Below are positions 46,195 through 56,072 of a stretch of 64,000 nt of DNA, piece by piece; the first letter of the stretch is position 1; each line of letters begins with the position of its first letter. Origin of the DNA: Candidatus Iainarchaeum sp. (GTDB lineage Archaea; Iainarchaeota; Iainarchaeia; Iainarchaeales; DTGL01); assembly GCA_026413945.1 (NCBI GenBank), contig JAOAJX010000001.1, positions 1-64,000 on the forward strand. The letters are read 5' to 3'. Position numbers and translations under genes: made by a program. The notes under the pieces were generated by a model. It made no database searches, had not been told where the DNA came from, and saw nothing but the letters and a program-made list of their open reading frames with translations.

Positions 46195-47961
46195 TTATAA
46201 GTAATAGTATTTGCCAGCTTTTTTTTGTTCACGGTCTTTTACAGAGTTGGGCTTATTTGCACGGGGCCTTAATGTTTGTGCGTCTCGCCTGAAAGTAACG
46301 CCAAAATTCTTGAGGAAAAGATTCATAGCTTCTTCTTTTGCTTTTGGCTCTAGCGCCAAGCCAAAACGGGCAGGTTCGCCTTCAAAAACTATAAATCTAT
46401 CACACAAGCAATCCTGAAAGAGCAAATCATGGTCAACCACAATGCAGGCTTTATTTTTCTTTTCAATAACTGACTTTATAAAGGCAGCAGCATTAAGGCG
46501 CTCTTCAACATCTAAGAAAGCGGATGGTTCGTCAAGTAGAAATAGATCTGCATCTTTGCACATAGCTGTTGCAACAAGAACTTTCTGTAATTCGCCGCCG
46601 CTTAGTTCAGTCATTTTGTTTTCATAAAGCTCTTTTAGGCTTAGCCTTTTTTCTGCTTCCGAGCTAAAAAGCTGCATATCTGTTACATTGCGCATTACAT
46701 ACTCTAGGACTGTTTCATCTTTCTCGGCCTTTATGTACTGTTGCTTATAAGAAAGCTTAAGTCCGGATGAAAAGACTCCGTTGTTGTGCTCAATGCTGCC
46801 AGCTATGACGTTAACGAAAGTTGTTTTGCCAATTGCGTTGGGCCCTAGAATGCCAACAACTTCACATTCCATTATTGAGCCGCCTTTTGCCTGAAGCTTA
46901 AATTTACTATATGATTTCTCAAATGATGGGTAATTAAAATATTCCTTGCACTTTTTCTCGAAAGCAGCTACTTTAGAAAAGCTTAGTTCTTTGTCGCGAA
47001 AAACAATATTCTCTGCCTTTAGGTGGCCTTCGAGGTACTGGTTTATGCCATTTAGCACACTCATCCTAGAACTTACAACGCCATAGGCACCTTTAACTCC
47101 AAAAAGAACGTGCACAAAGTCGCTAAGATAATCTAGAACTGCAAGATCATGCTCCACAACCAAAACATACTTTCCTTTTTCTGCAAGGCCTCTTATTGCT
47201 CTGGCCACGGCAAGTCTTTCCTTAACATCAAGATAGGATGCTGGCTCATCGAAGAAGTAAAAGTCAGCATCTTTAAGCATAGTTGCCGCAATTGAAACCA
47301 TTTGAAGTTCGCCGCCGCTGATTTCAGAGACTTTGCTTTGCAATATTTTTTTGAGATCGAAAACTGAAGTGATTTGTTTAAGATTATTTTTCTCATCAAA
47401 GTGTTTCAGCAAATCTTCAACTTTGCCATTAAAGGATTCCCGCACCTTATTTATGTCCTGCGGCTTAAAAGATGCCTTGATGCCTTCTTTAGAAAGTCTT
47501 TCGAAGTATGCTTGAAGCTCATTGCCTTTGAAAATTTCTATCAAAAAGTTATAACCTTGCTTTTCGTTATCTTCTGTTTTCGGAATAAGTTTTCCAGAGA
47601 GTACTTTCAAAGCGGTTGATTTACCTATGCCATTACTGCCAATAAGACCCACAACCGCGCCTTTTACAGGAATTGGTAAACCATATAGCTTAAATCTGTT
47701 CTTGCCATAACTATGAACTGGGACATCAACTTTTGCAGTAAGGTTTACAATTCTTATTGCATTGAAAGGGCATTTGTGCGTACAAATGCCACAGCCTGTG
47801 CAAAGCATCTCAGATATCTCGGCAGTTTTTCCTGGGATCGTAATGCACTGCTTACCTGAACGGTTTATAGGACAAACCTTGGCACACAGAGAGCCACATT
47901 TTTCAGGATAGCATTTTTTTTCATCTATAATGGCAATTCTTATACGACCTTCTTTGCTCAT
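46195..47961 (-). CDS. ABCE1/Rli1 ribosome recycling ATPase
   Basis: Two 4Fe-4S Cys clusters, GSNGIGKS and GPNAIGKT, SGGELQ twice, TFRRD..RPRANK.S.KDREQK. Confidence 0.96.
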   Translation of the reverse strand: MSKEGRIRIAIIDEKKCYPEKCGSLCAKVCPINRSGKQCITIPGKTAEISEMLCTGCGICTHKCPFNAIRIVNLTAKVDVPVHSYGKNRFKLYGLPIPVKGAVVGLIGSNGIGKSTALKVLSGKLIPKTEDNEKQGYNFLIEIFKGNELQAYFERLSKEGIKASFKPQDINKVRESFNGKVEDLLKHFDEKNNLKQITSVFDLKKILQSKVSEISGGELQMVSIAATMLKDADFYFFDEPASYLDVKERLAVARAIRGLAEKGKYVLVVEHDLAVLDYLSDFVHVLFGVKGAYGVVSSRMSVLNGINQYLEGHLKAENIVFRDKELSFSKVAAFEKKCKEYFNYPSFEKSYSKFKLQAKGGSIMECEVVGILGPNAIGKTTFVNVIAGSIEHNNGVFSSGLKLSYKQQYIKAEKDETVLEYVMRNVTDMQLFSSEAEKRLSLKELYENKMTELSGGELQKVLVATAMCKDADLFLLDEPSAFLDVEERLNAAAFIKSVIEKKNKACIVVDHDLLFQDCLCDRFIVFEGEPARFGLALEPKAKEEAMNLFLKNFGVTFRRDAQTLRPRANKPNSVKDREQKKAGKYYYL

Positions 47962-48059
47962 AACAGAACATTGCATCAAACTGTTAAAAATCTTATAGCA
48001 TATTTTGGAGAATTTGTTTTTAGTAATATTTTAAATAAGGTTTTAGATTAGCACTATTT

Positions 48060-49088
48060 ATGAGGATATTAAAGATTGATGAGAAGCATGGTATAATTTC
48101 AGTAATTCCCGAAAATGAGGATGATCTTTGGCATCTAAGCAAAGTGATTGAGCCGGGAGACAGGGTTATTGGGTTAACATCTAGGAAAGAGAAGGGAAAA
48201 GAAGGCACTTCTGCTATTAGAAGGGTTTTTCAAGCAGAAATTGAATCAGTTGACGTTTCTTTTGACAGCTTTTCCAAAGCACTTCGCATAAATGGAAAGA
48301 TTTGTGGTGGAAACCTTGATGTTTTGCCACTTGGCTCAATGCAAGTAATAGAAATTACTCCAAACGAAAAATACAAAATAATAAAAAAAGCAATTAGAAA
48401 GCATCACAGAGAGAGGATTGAAAGGGCTGCTAAAAGTCATAGGGAAGAAATAACAATTATAGTAATGGACGATGAAGATGCGACAATCTCATCTTTTAAG
48501 GATTTCAAATGTGATATAAAAGCAGAAATTCATTCTAACAAAGCTGGTAAGCGCTACACATCCGTGGATAGTATGAAAGAATATTTTGGAAATATATTGA
48601 AGAAAGTAACAGACATGGGAGCTAAGATAATAGTAATAGCTGGGCCGAGCTTTGTTAAGGACGATTTTGCCTCATTTCTACATGAGAGGGGTTTTTCTAA
48701 TAAAGTATATATTCAGGGCACGAGCACTACCGGCATAACAGGCACAAATGAGGTAATAAAAAGCAAGGCATTTGAAAATATAGCAAGAGACTCCCAGCTT
48801 GCTGAAGAAGCACGACTTATAGAGAAGCTGCTTGAGGAAGTCGCTAAGGGTAAGCTTGCTACTTATGGCTTTGAGCAAGTGAAGAGAGCATTAGAGCACG
48901 GGGCAGCGGAAAGAGTTTTTGTTCTAGATAAGCTTCTTGAAGAAAGGAAGAATGAAATATATGAGATGATGGAATTGGCTGAAAAAATAGGTGCAAGATT
49001 GCATATTTTTAACTCAGAATACGAGCCTGGAAAAAAGCTTGAGGGCTTGGGTGGCTTGGCAGCAATATTAAGATACTCAATTTCTTAA
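48060..49088 (+). CDS. pelA: Pelota/Dom34 mRNA surveillance protein
   Basis: PENEDDLWHL..VIEPGD, AGPSFVK, YG..V..A..GA, LGGLAAILRY; no GGQ. Confidence 0.95.
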   Translation: MRILKIDEKHGIISVIPENEDDLWHLSKVIEPGDRVIGLTSRKEKGKEGTSAIRRVFQAEIESVDVSFDSFSKALRINGKICGGNLDVLPLGSMQVIEITPNEKYKIIKKAIRKHHRERIERAAKSHREEITIIVMDDEDATISSFKDFKCDIKAEIHSNKAGKRYTSVDSMKEYFGNILKKVTDMGAKIIVIAGPSFVKDDFASFLHERGFSNKVYIQGTSTTGITGTNEVIKSKAFENIARDSQLAEEARLIEKLLEEVAKGKLATYGFEQVKRALEHGAAERVFVLDKLLEERKNEIYEMMELAEKIGARLHIFNSEYEPGKKLEGLGGLAAILRYSIS

Positions 49089-49095
49089 ATCTATT

Positions 49096-49455
49096 TTACT
49101 TTGCATTGACTTCGCACCACTCAATTTTTTTATCTTGAACGAGCTTTTTTATTTTTCTTTCTTTATCGCTAAGTTTTGAGTCTGCAAACTTAAACTCGCA
49201 AAAGTATATACGATCTTCGCAGAAGGCAATACCATCGATGGGGGACCCTAAAAACCTAAAGTTTGCTGGATCAAAAGGGAATTCCTTACTAAATGGTAGC
49301 CATTGCTCTGCTATTAAGCCATAACGTACACTCTGTGACCTTTTGTCATAGCTTAATTCTGCTAACTTTTCTTCCAGTTGCTCATTACGTATGTAGAGAA
49401 TGATTGCAATTAAAGAAACCAAAATTAGAAGAAAAATTATAATAAATTCAATCAT
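49096..49455 (-). CDS. Membrane-anchored Holliday junction resolvase-like PD-(D/E)xK endonuclease (Endonuc_Holl type)
   Basis: N-terminal TM segment; G.IAEQ..PF, RFLGSPIDGIAF..EFK. Confidence 0.85.
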   Translation of the reverse strand: MIEFIIIFLLILVSLIAIILYIRNEQLEEKLAELSYDKRSQSVRYGLIAEQWLPFSKEFPFDPANFRFLGSPIDGIAFCEDRIYFCEFKFADSKLSDKERKIKKLVQDKKIEWCEVNAK

Positions 49456-49489
49456 AAATTAATTATTGCTGTTATTCTTAAAAAAATAA

Positions 49490-49837
49490 TCAGTATTCCT
49501 TAAGCCCATCTCTAGTTAGTACTACTATCTTAAAACTTTTACCTGCTTCCTTAATGGCTGAGAGAAGTGCAGAATGCTCTCTTCCAGTTCCAGAGATAAG
49601 GGATATGCAAAGCTCATCTTCCGGTAATCTGTCCTTTATTTGCTCTTTCAGTGACTCAAATCCGCTTCTCGGGTTTATGAGTATCCAATCGCATTGCTTT
49701 TGTGGTTTAAAATTTTCCTTTGCGAAATCGGTACCTATTAGAACAATTTTGTCCCAATCGCTCTCTTGTATTATGCGTCCGACATGACCCCAAGTACCTT
49801 TTCCCATACCAAGGGTTGCAACAAAAACTTTACCCAT
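49490..49837 (-). CDS. Hypothetical small Rossmann-like protein (CARF-like)
   Basis: VFVATLG, DKIVLIGT, ISLISGTGREHSALL. Confidence 0.65.
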   Translation of the reverse strand: MGKVFVATLGMGKGTWGHVGRIIQESDWDKIVLIGTDFAKENFKPQKQCDWILINPRSGFESLKEQIKDRLPEDELCISLISGTGREHSALLSAIKEAGKSFKIVVLTRDGLKEY

Positions 49838-49880
49838 AGTAAAAGGTTCGCATGCAAATTCTTTAAAAGGGTTGTGATGG

Positions 49881-50261
49881 CTAAACCTTTAGCTCTTTAA
49901 GGCCTCCACGAAGTATTGCTAACCTAGTTTTATCATAGAGTTCAATGAATCTTTTGCCGAGATCTGTAAGATAATAAAAATCCTTATTTGTTGCCTTAAA
50001 CCTGCTTACAAGCCCTATTTTCTCAAGAAGTGCCAAAATTTCGAGTAGATCTTCCCTTTCAATGTAGGGAAAAACAGAGCCAAGCATTATTAGGTCTTTT
50101 GCATTCTTTAAGTATCGCAGTATTTGTATGAAAAGAGTGGAATGCAATATTGGAAACAAAACAGGATATTTCTCAATAAAATGCATTAGCTCTCTATATG
50201 AGTTCTCAACCGAATCACTTTGAACACTGCTGGAATTAGCTTCATTTTGCATAAATAGCAA
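49881..50261 (-). CDS. Winged-helix DNA-binding protein
   Basis: L..LEKIGLVSR....FYYLTDLGKRF. Confidence 0.72.
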   Translation of the reverse strand: MLFMQNEANSSSVQSDSVENSYRELMHFIEKYPVLFPILHSTLFIQILRYLKNAKDLIMLGSVFPYIEREDLLEILALLEKIGLVSRFKATNKDFYYLTDLGKRFIELYDKTRLAILRGGLKELKV

Positions 50262-50273
50262 TACATACTTGAA

Positions 50274-51863
50274 CTATAAAAGTCTTTTGTAAAGGTATGG
50301 GCCATTGTTTTTATAGCCGAATTTTTTTCGGTAGTACTCTTTAACTCCCAAGCCGGAAATAACAAAAATATTTTTTCTTTCAAAATCCTCTTTAGTTATA
50401 CGCTCTGCTTCCATCACTAGTTTTGTGCCAAGGCCTTGGTGCTGTATTTCGCCGCTTATTTTTTCACCCAAGAGCAGTGGCTCACCAAGTACGCGGAGTT
50501 CCCTTATTATCGATGCTTTATCGGCTATCTCACGCCTATAGGACCTTTCAGGAATTCTAAGGCGACAATATGCATAAAGCATTTCTCTTTTTTTATCTTC
50601 AAAAGAGAGAAAAATTTCATTGCCGTTGCTTGCATAATATTCATCCCTGAAAAGTTTGGTGGCCTCTAGCGAAAGCTCTTTTCCTTGAGAAAGTTGTTTT
50701 AACTTTGCCTCTCTGCATCGTATGCATCTGCAATATAATCCTTTTTTTGCCATTTCAGCTTGTACTATCTGCCTAAGATTGCTCTTCTTTACGCCAGCCT
50801 CTATTATTTGTGCCGGTATGTCACGCTGTACTCGCATTATCCTCACCCAGTATGGCACATATCTTTTCATCTTCACTATAAGCTTTGTAGCTTTTTCAGT
50901 GTCGAGAGGAAGGTATTCACCTTTTGCATACATTTTGCTGAGCTCAGTGCCTTTTATTACAAGGCATGGATAAAGTTTGATGTTGTCAGGCATGAATTCT
51001 TCACATGAAAAAAGCCTTTTGAAATTATAAAGATCGATTTTTGGCGTTGTATATGGCAGACCTGGCATAATGTGGTAGCACACTTTTAGTCCGGCGTCTT
51101 TGAGGATGTGAGTTGCGTTAGTTACATCTTTGACTGTGTGTCCCCTTTTTATTTTGGAATATATTTCATCATCAACAATCTGTACACCGAGTTCACATCT
51201 CGTTCCGCCAAAATTAAGCATCCTATTTACATGAACTTTTTTGCAATAATCTGGCCTCGTCTCAAAGGTTATTCCAATTATTCTGCGACTTGATTTCTCA
51301 GCCATTTTTTTTGCGTCTTCCAAGGATTTTGATTTTTTACCTATTACACCATCTATTGCACCCTTTACAAAAAGTTTCTGGTATTCTATGGGTGTAGAAA
51401 GAAAAGTACCGCCCATTATTATTAGCTCAATCTTTGACGCATTATGGCCAGTCTCTACAAGTTGCTTTATCCGATCTTCAACTTGTTTTTTTGGATCAAA
51501 TTTTGCCTGCAGCGCACGCATAGTTGCTGGCTCTCTCCCTGTATAGCTTTTTGGGGTTTCTTCAAAGATTTGGCTGCTAGGGCAATATATGCAATTACCT
51601 GGGCACTTATGTGGTCTTGCCATTATTGCTATCACATTTATTCCTGATGATGATCTGATTGGTTTTTTCGTAAGAATTGATGCAATTTTTTCGCTTTTAT
51701 TAGATTTATAACGCATTATTGTTGGATTTGTAGGTATTCTATCAAGACAGTATTTTTTCGCAAGTTCGATCTTTGCTTTATTAAGCTGTGCCTTGCTCTT
51801 CAAAGAGCCCTTCTCAATGAGCTCAATTATTTCTTTGCAATATTTCTCTTCGCTTTTGTTCAT
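50274..51863 (-). CDS. elp3: Elp3 tRNA U34 carboxymethyltransferase (radical SAM plus GNAT)
   Basis: CPGNCIYCP, PKSYTGREPA, MGGTF, ETRPD, ELGVQ, CIRCRE, QHQGLG. Confidence 0.96.
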   Translation of the reverse strand: MNKSEEKYCKEIIELIEKGSLKSKAQLNKAKIELAKKYCLDRIPTNPTIMRYKSNKSEKIASILTKKPIRSSSGINVIAIMARPHKCPGNCIYCPSSQIFEETPKSYTGREPATMRALQAKFDPKKQVEDRIKQLVETGHNASKIELIIMGGTFLSTPIEYQKLFVKGAIDGVIGKKSKSLEDAKKMAEKSSRRIIGITFETRPDYCKKVHVNRMLNFGGTRCELGVQIVDDEIYSKIKRGHTVKDVTNATHILKDAGLKVCYHIMPGLPYTTPKIDLYNFKRLFSCEEFMPDNIKLYPCLVIKGTELSKMYAKGEYLPLDTEKATKLIVKMKRYVPYWVRIMRVQRDIPAQIIEAGVKKSNLRQIVQAEMAKKGLYCRCIRCREAKLKQLSQGKELSLEATKLFRDEYYASNGNEIFLSFEDKKREMLYAYCRLRIPERSYRREIADKASIIRELRVLGEPLLLGEKISGEIQHQGLGTKLVMEAERITKEDFERKNIFVISGLGVKEYYRKKFGYKNNGPYLYKRLL

Positions 51864-52642
51864 TAAGATCGTATTAAAAAGGAGCCCAAAAGGGAATTTA
51901 AAAGATACCCTGGAAGCAAAGAAATCGAAAAGAAAGGCATTGAGTATATGGCAGTTGTATATTTTGCACCCAATGCAGGGGCTACTTTCATTGTTGCCTC
52001 TGCTTGGGAAAAAATGGTTCCTGATAAGGCTGATTTCGTTGTAAAGGTAAACCTTTTGTAGCCTGGGGTAAAAGCATTTACTTTAAGTGTGATTGTCTTG
52101 GAGCTTTTAGGTGCTAAAGAAATCCTTTGTGTTGAAAACCATGTCTCTGGCAAAGAGCTTGTTATCTCAACAGTATGCTCAGCTAAGCTCTCATTGGTAA
52201 TTACCAGCTCAAATTCAGGCCCACTATTTACATTGCAATCTATGTGCGAAACATTCAAACCAGCTTTAATTAGGTCATTGCGGACATAGACTGCAAGATT
52301 AAATGATTCTTCAACACCTGTTTGCCCATCTTTCAAGGTTATTTCAGTATTATTTACCGTTGGTATTTTTTCATGAAGAGGGACTGTTAGAACCAATCTT
52401 ATTGTCTTATCTATAACTTGTGCATTATTGGGCCAAGCGCTTTTTACTGTTATGTAATCCCAATGCGAATTTGGGCTTTTCCTGTCGAATATAAAAACAA
52501 CGTTTTCGCCTGGCTGTGCATATTTTGCCTCATAGAGACCATTTTTTTCTAACACTGCTTCGTATGGGCTATTCACTATTACACTTGCGGCCACATCAAG
52601 GCACAAGAATAGCAAAAATGCAAAAATAACCTTTTTTAACAT
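51863..52642 (-). CDS. Secreted/membrane-anchored protein with Ig-like beta domains
   Basis: Signal peptide, beta-rich body, hydrophobic C-terminus. Confidence 0.65.
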   Translation of the reverse strand: MLKKVIFAFLLFLCLDVAASVIVNSPYEAVLEKNGLYEAKYAQPGENVVFIFDRKSPNSHWDYITVKSAWPNNAQVIDKTIRLVLTVPLHEKIPTVNNTEITLKDGQTGVEESFNLAVYVRNDLIKAGLNVSHIDCNVNSGPEFELVITNESLAEHTVEITSSLPETWFSTQRISLAPKSSKTITLKVNAFTPGYKRFTFTTKSALSGTIFSQAEATMKVAPALGAKYTTAIYSMPFFSISLLPGYLLNSLLGSFLIRS

Positions 52643-52696
52643 TTAAACCACATAAGATTATAGGACGCAAAGAAAAAAATACTTAATGGTGATCTC

Positions 52697-53332
52697 TTGA
52701 GAATACTTGCGCTGAGTGATATACATCAGAGAGAAGAAAACCTGCTCTCCATTCTCAATGAAGTTCAAAAAATTAAATTAGACTTGGCAGTCATAGCTGG
52801 GGATTTGACAAATTATGGCAACGGCACTGATTCAGCCAAAATCATTGAAGCCATAAAAACGCCAAAAATATTTGCTGTTCCTGGAAACCTTGATGGAAAA
52901 GCAGTATTGGACTATCTTGAGGAAAGAAACATGTCACTGCACAATAGAAAAGCCCATTATAATGGCTTTGAATTCTGTGGGTTTGGAGGCGGCCTTTTAG
53001 GCAAAACCGGTGAATTGCTTTCATCAGAGCTTGAAATAGAAGAATGCTTGGGAAAAATAGTAACTAAGGGCAGCATACTTGTGACGCACCTGCCACCAAA
53101 AGATACGCCTCTGGATTTTACAGAGGATGAACACATAGGCAGCTCAGCAATCAAAAAAGTAATTTTAGAGAATAAGCCTTTCATGCATATATGCGGCCAC
53201 GCACATAATGCACACGGCAGAATCAAATTAGGAGAAACCATATGCATAAATGTTGCCTCGGTAAAGGATGGCTTCGCGAGCGTCATTGAAATAATGGGAA
53301 GAACAGTGCGCATCAAGAGGATATCAGTATGA
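52697..53332 (+). CDS. Calcineurin-like metallophosphoesterase
   Basis: SDIH, GDLT, PGNLD, THLPP, GHAH. Confidence 0.92.
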   Translation: MRILALSDIHQREENLLSILNEVQKIKLDLAVIAGDLTNYGNGTDSAKIIEAIKTPKIFAVPGNLDGKAVLDYLEERNMSLHNRKAHYNGFEFCGFGGGLLGKTGELLSSELEIEECLGKIVTKGSILVTHLPPKDTPLDFTEDEHIGSSAIKKVILENKPFMHICGHAHNAHGRIKLGETICINVASVKDGFASVIEIMGRTVRIKRISV

Positions 53333-53919
53333 GCGAAAAAACCACAAGGTTTGATATGGTGAAGGCGCGGCATAAAAGACGATTAGATGATGCAATAAAA
53401 AATGGTGAGGCTGATGAGCTTATATGTGGCCTTTGCAAATTAATCAACAGCAAAAAAAATTTTTTTACATCCTCAAGTTGTAGTGGTAGAATAATCCTTC
53501 TTGGAATCAAAGGCACTGGTAAAAAAAACGCTTATTTTCATAGGAAGTGGCACTCAAAAGTGAATTTTGCTGAGGTTTGGAGTGCTTTGAGCGAAAAAAC
53601 AAAGGGCACGATTTGGTTCAAAATGGAGTCATTCATAATTCATATTGGCGCATTAAATAAAAATGACGCATTGAAGGTGCTTGAAATAAAGAACAAGGCC
53701 GGTATAAAGAGAGGTGGCATAATATCAATGAAACCCGGCAAAATAATTGTGGAACTAATAGGGACAGAGGATATAGCAATACCTGTAAAAGTTGGCAGTA
53801 AGATCATTGTTAGTGAGAGCTTTATGCACGAAGCAGTAAACCAAGCTAACAAAAAAATGGAAGAGAACTTAAAGCGCCTCAAAGTTTTTGAAAGCGCTGT
53901 TAAAGGTGGGCTTAAATAG
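53329..53919 (+). CDS. taw3: tRNA wyosine methyltransferase Taw3/TYW3
   Basis: ADE.I..L..IN, TSSSCSGRI, KWH, IIHI, AGIKRGGI. Confidence 0.9.
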   Translation: MSEKTTRFDMVKARHKRRLDDAIKNGEADELICGLCKLINSKKNFFTSSSCSGRIILLGIKGTGKKNAYFHRKWHSKVNFAEVWSALSEKTKGTIWFKMESFIIHIGALNKNDALKVLEIKNKAGIKRGGIISMKPGKIIVELIGTEDIAIPVKVGSKIIVSESFMHEAVNQANKKMEENLKRLKVFESAVKGGLK

Positions 53920-53927
53920 GTTTTGGT

Positions 53928-54455
53928 ATGAGGGTTTTCATTGCAGTAAACATACCTGAGAATGTGAAAGAAGAGCTTTGGCAGAAATTCTCCGGAAAAC
54001 TTAGAAGAAAAGGAATTAAAGTTGTGGAGAGAGAAAACCTGCATATAACTTTGCTTTTTTTGGGAGAAGTACCAGAGAATTATGGAGAAATGATAAAAGC
54101 TAAACTTATGCCGTTGAGAGAGTTTGGAAAGTTTGAGTTATCATTTGGTGAGATCGGCTACTTTGAGCCAAGAGTGCTTTGGATTGGTTTTTCCTGTGGC
54201 GAAGAGAAGCTAAAGGCCTTACATAAAGAGATTTGCTATCTTTTAGGGCTTGTTGAAGAGCGCTTTTCAGCCCATCTTACAATTGCTAGAAATAAAAATC
54301 TAAATGCAAGAGATTTTTGGAACTTGGTTGAGGAGTGTAGAAAAGAAAGGATATGTGCCTCTTTTGTTGTTTCCAGCATAGATATTATGAAATCTACTTT
54401 AACAAAAGCAGGGCCGATTTATGAGAAGATAGGTGAAGTCAGGTTTAATGCTTGA
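53928..54455 (+). CDS. thpR: RNA 2',3'-cyclic phosphodiesterase (2H family)
   Basis: MRVFIAV, HITLLFLG, HLTIAR, STLT..GPIY. Confidence 0.94.
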   Translation: MRVFIAVNIPENVKEELWQKFSGKLRRKGIKVVERENLHITLLFLGEVPENYGEMIKAKLMPLREFGKFELSFGEIGYFEPRVLWIGFSCGEEKLKALHKEICYLLGLVEERFSAHLTIARNKNLNARDFWNLVEECRKERICASFVVSSIDIMKSTLTKAGPIYEKIGEVRFNA

Positions 54456-56010
54456 ATACTTTATCAAGTACTCCCTTTGGGTCTGTGTAGTATTGGTTTA
54501 TTATATCTTGAACTTCAGCCCATTTATTTATCTTATTTGCTAGCATCCATTCAAGAACATGTTGCCGTATTTCAACCTCTTGCATTATTTCGCTTTTAGT
54601 AAGACCAGTCGCTTCAGCAAACTTATCGAGCAATCTTGAAGGCACATCTGTTTTGTCAATAGTATCTTTGCGTTTATTCCATTCATATACATTGCTTAGT
54701 AATATTTTTTCTTCCATGTGCTCTATTTCCGCAACCTCACGAACACGCCTTATCAAACCATGTTGCTTTGTATAAACTTTAAACATAATAACGCTAATAT
54801 CAAGTAGAGGTATCATATTTAGTGGAACGTTCATTGGAGCTGACTTGAGTCGCAAAATCATTTCTCTTGCTGTATTAGAGTGCAGCGTGCCCAAAAGCCC
54901 TTTGTGACCAGTGTCCATAGCAACAAACATTGTTTGGGCTTCTTCGCCACGAACTTCACCAACAATTAGCCTATCTGGCCTCATACGAAGAGCATTTTTA
55001 AGCAAATCATCCATTGAGACTTCACCAAGGTTCATTATTTTGGGCCTTGATTCAAGTTGTATTATGTTCTCTCTCTCCCCAAGATCTAACTCAAGTGTGT
55101 CCTCTATGCATATTATGCGCTCCTCAGGTCTTATGAACGAACAAAGGGCATTAAGCAGTGTTGTTTTACCTGACCCTGCTCCACCACTTATTATCATATT
55201 TGCTGGGCTTAAGCGTATTCCCTCAACTGCTAACCATAAGAAAGCTGCAACTTCTGGACTAAGCGTTCTTTTTTCTATAAGCTCTATTATCGATATTGGA
55301 TTTTTATTGAATTTTCTTATTGTGAGTGTATAACCAAAAGGTGTGACACTTTTAAAAGTAGCATTCACTCTGGAGCCGCCTGGAAGTCGTGCATCCAAAA
55401 GCGGGTGCTCCTCATCGAAGGCCTTGCCAATTGTTCCAGCTATTCTGCTTATCAGCCTATACAAAGTTTGCTCTGTTTCAATTATAACATTTGTTTTGCA
55501 AGTGCCATACTTTTTATGGAATACAAAAACCGGCTTTCCTTTACCATTGATCATTATTTCCTCAAGGTTTTCATCTTCCATAAAAGGCTCGAGGAAACTG
55601 TAGCCAACGGAATCACCCAAAATTCTTGAGATTATTTCTTCTTTCTTTTCGATATCGGGAAAAAATTCGTTGAAGAGTTTTAACATTGCTTTTTGCAGCT
55701 CTTTATAAGTTTCATCAGAAGGCAGCTTGGTAAGCAGTTGGTTAACTTCTATTGTTTGCACAATTTCCCTGTTAAAGCGCTCTGCAAAATCTTCTGCGCT
55801 TTCTATTGGCATAACTGCACTTAGTTCCTCGATTGAATATGAGCGCTTGACTGCGCTGGACAAAAAATCGATAAAGCGTTGTTGCTCATTCGTGAACATA
55901 TTTGTCTTAACGGAATATAATTTGTAAGGAAACCCGTTGTAAATGGTCACCTGGCCGTATGACTCAATGAGTTCATCTTTGCTTGTAGAGGCCTTTTTTT
56001 CTTGCATCAC
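54445..56010 (-). CDS. Second CpaF/TadA/VirB11 family secretion ATPase (orphan)
   Basis: DARLPGGSRVNA, GGAGSGKTT, IEDTLEL, LRMRPDRLIVGEVR, MDTGH. Confidence 0.94.
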   Translation of the reverse strand: MMQEKKASTSKDELIESYGQVTIYNGFPYKLYSVKTNMFTNEQQRFIDFLSSAVKRSYSIEELSAVMPIESAEDFAERFNREIVQTIEVNQLLTKLPSDETYKELQKAMLKLFNEFFPDIEKKEEIISRILGDSVGYSFLEPFMEDENLEEIMINGKGKPVFVFHKKYGTCKTNVIIETEQTLYRLISRIAGTIGKAFDEEHPLLDARLPGGSRVNATFKSVTPFGYTLTIRKFNKNPISIIELIEKRTLSPEVAAFLWLAVEGIRLSPANMIISGGAGSGKTTLLNALCSFIRPEERIICIEDTLELDLGERENIIQLESRPKIMNLGEVSMDDLLKNALRMRPDRLIVGEVRGEEAQTMFVAMDTGHKGLLGTLHSNTAREMILRLKSAPMNVPLNMIPLLDISVIMFKVYTKQHGLIRRVREVAEIEHMEEKILLSNVYEWNKRKDTIDKTDVPSRLLDKFAEATGLTKSEIMQEVEIRQHVLEWMLANKINKWAEVQDIINQYYTDPKGVLDKVFKH

Positions 56011-56072
56011 ATCACTTTAAATTTCCAAATATAATTAAAAGGTTTTCAATATTAAAAGGTTACTGTGGTTGT

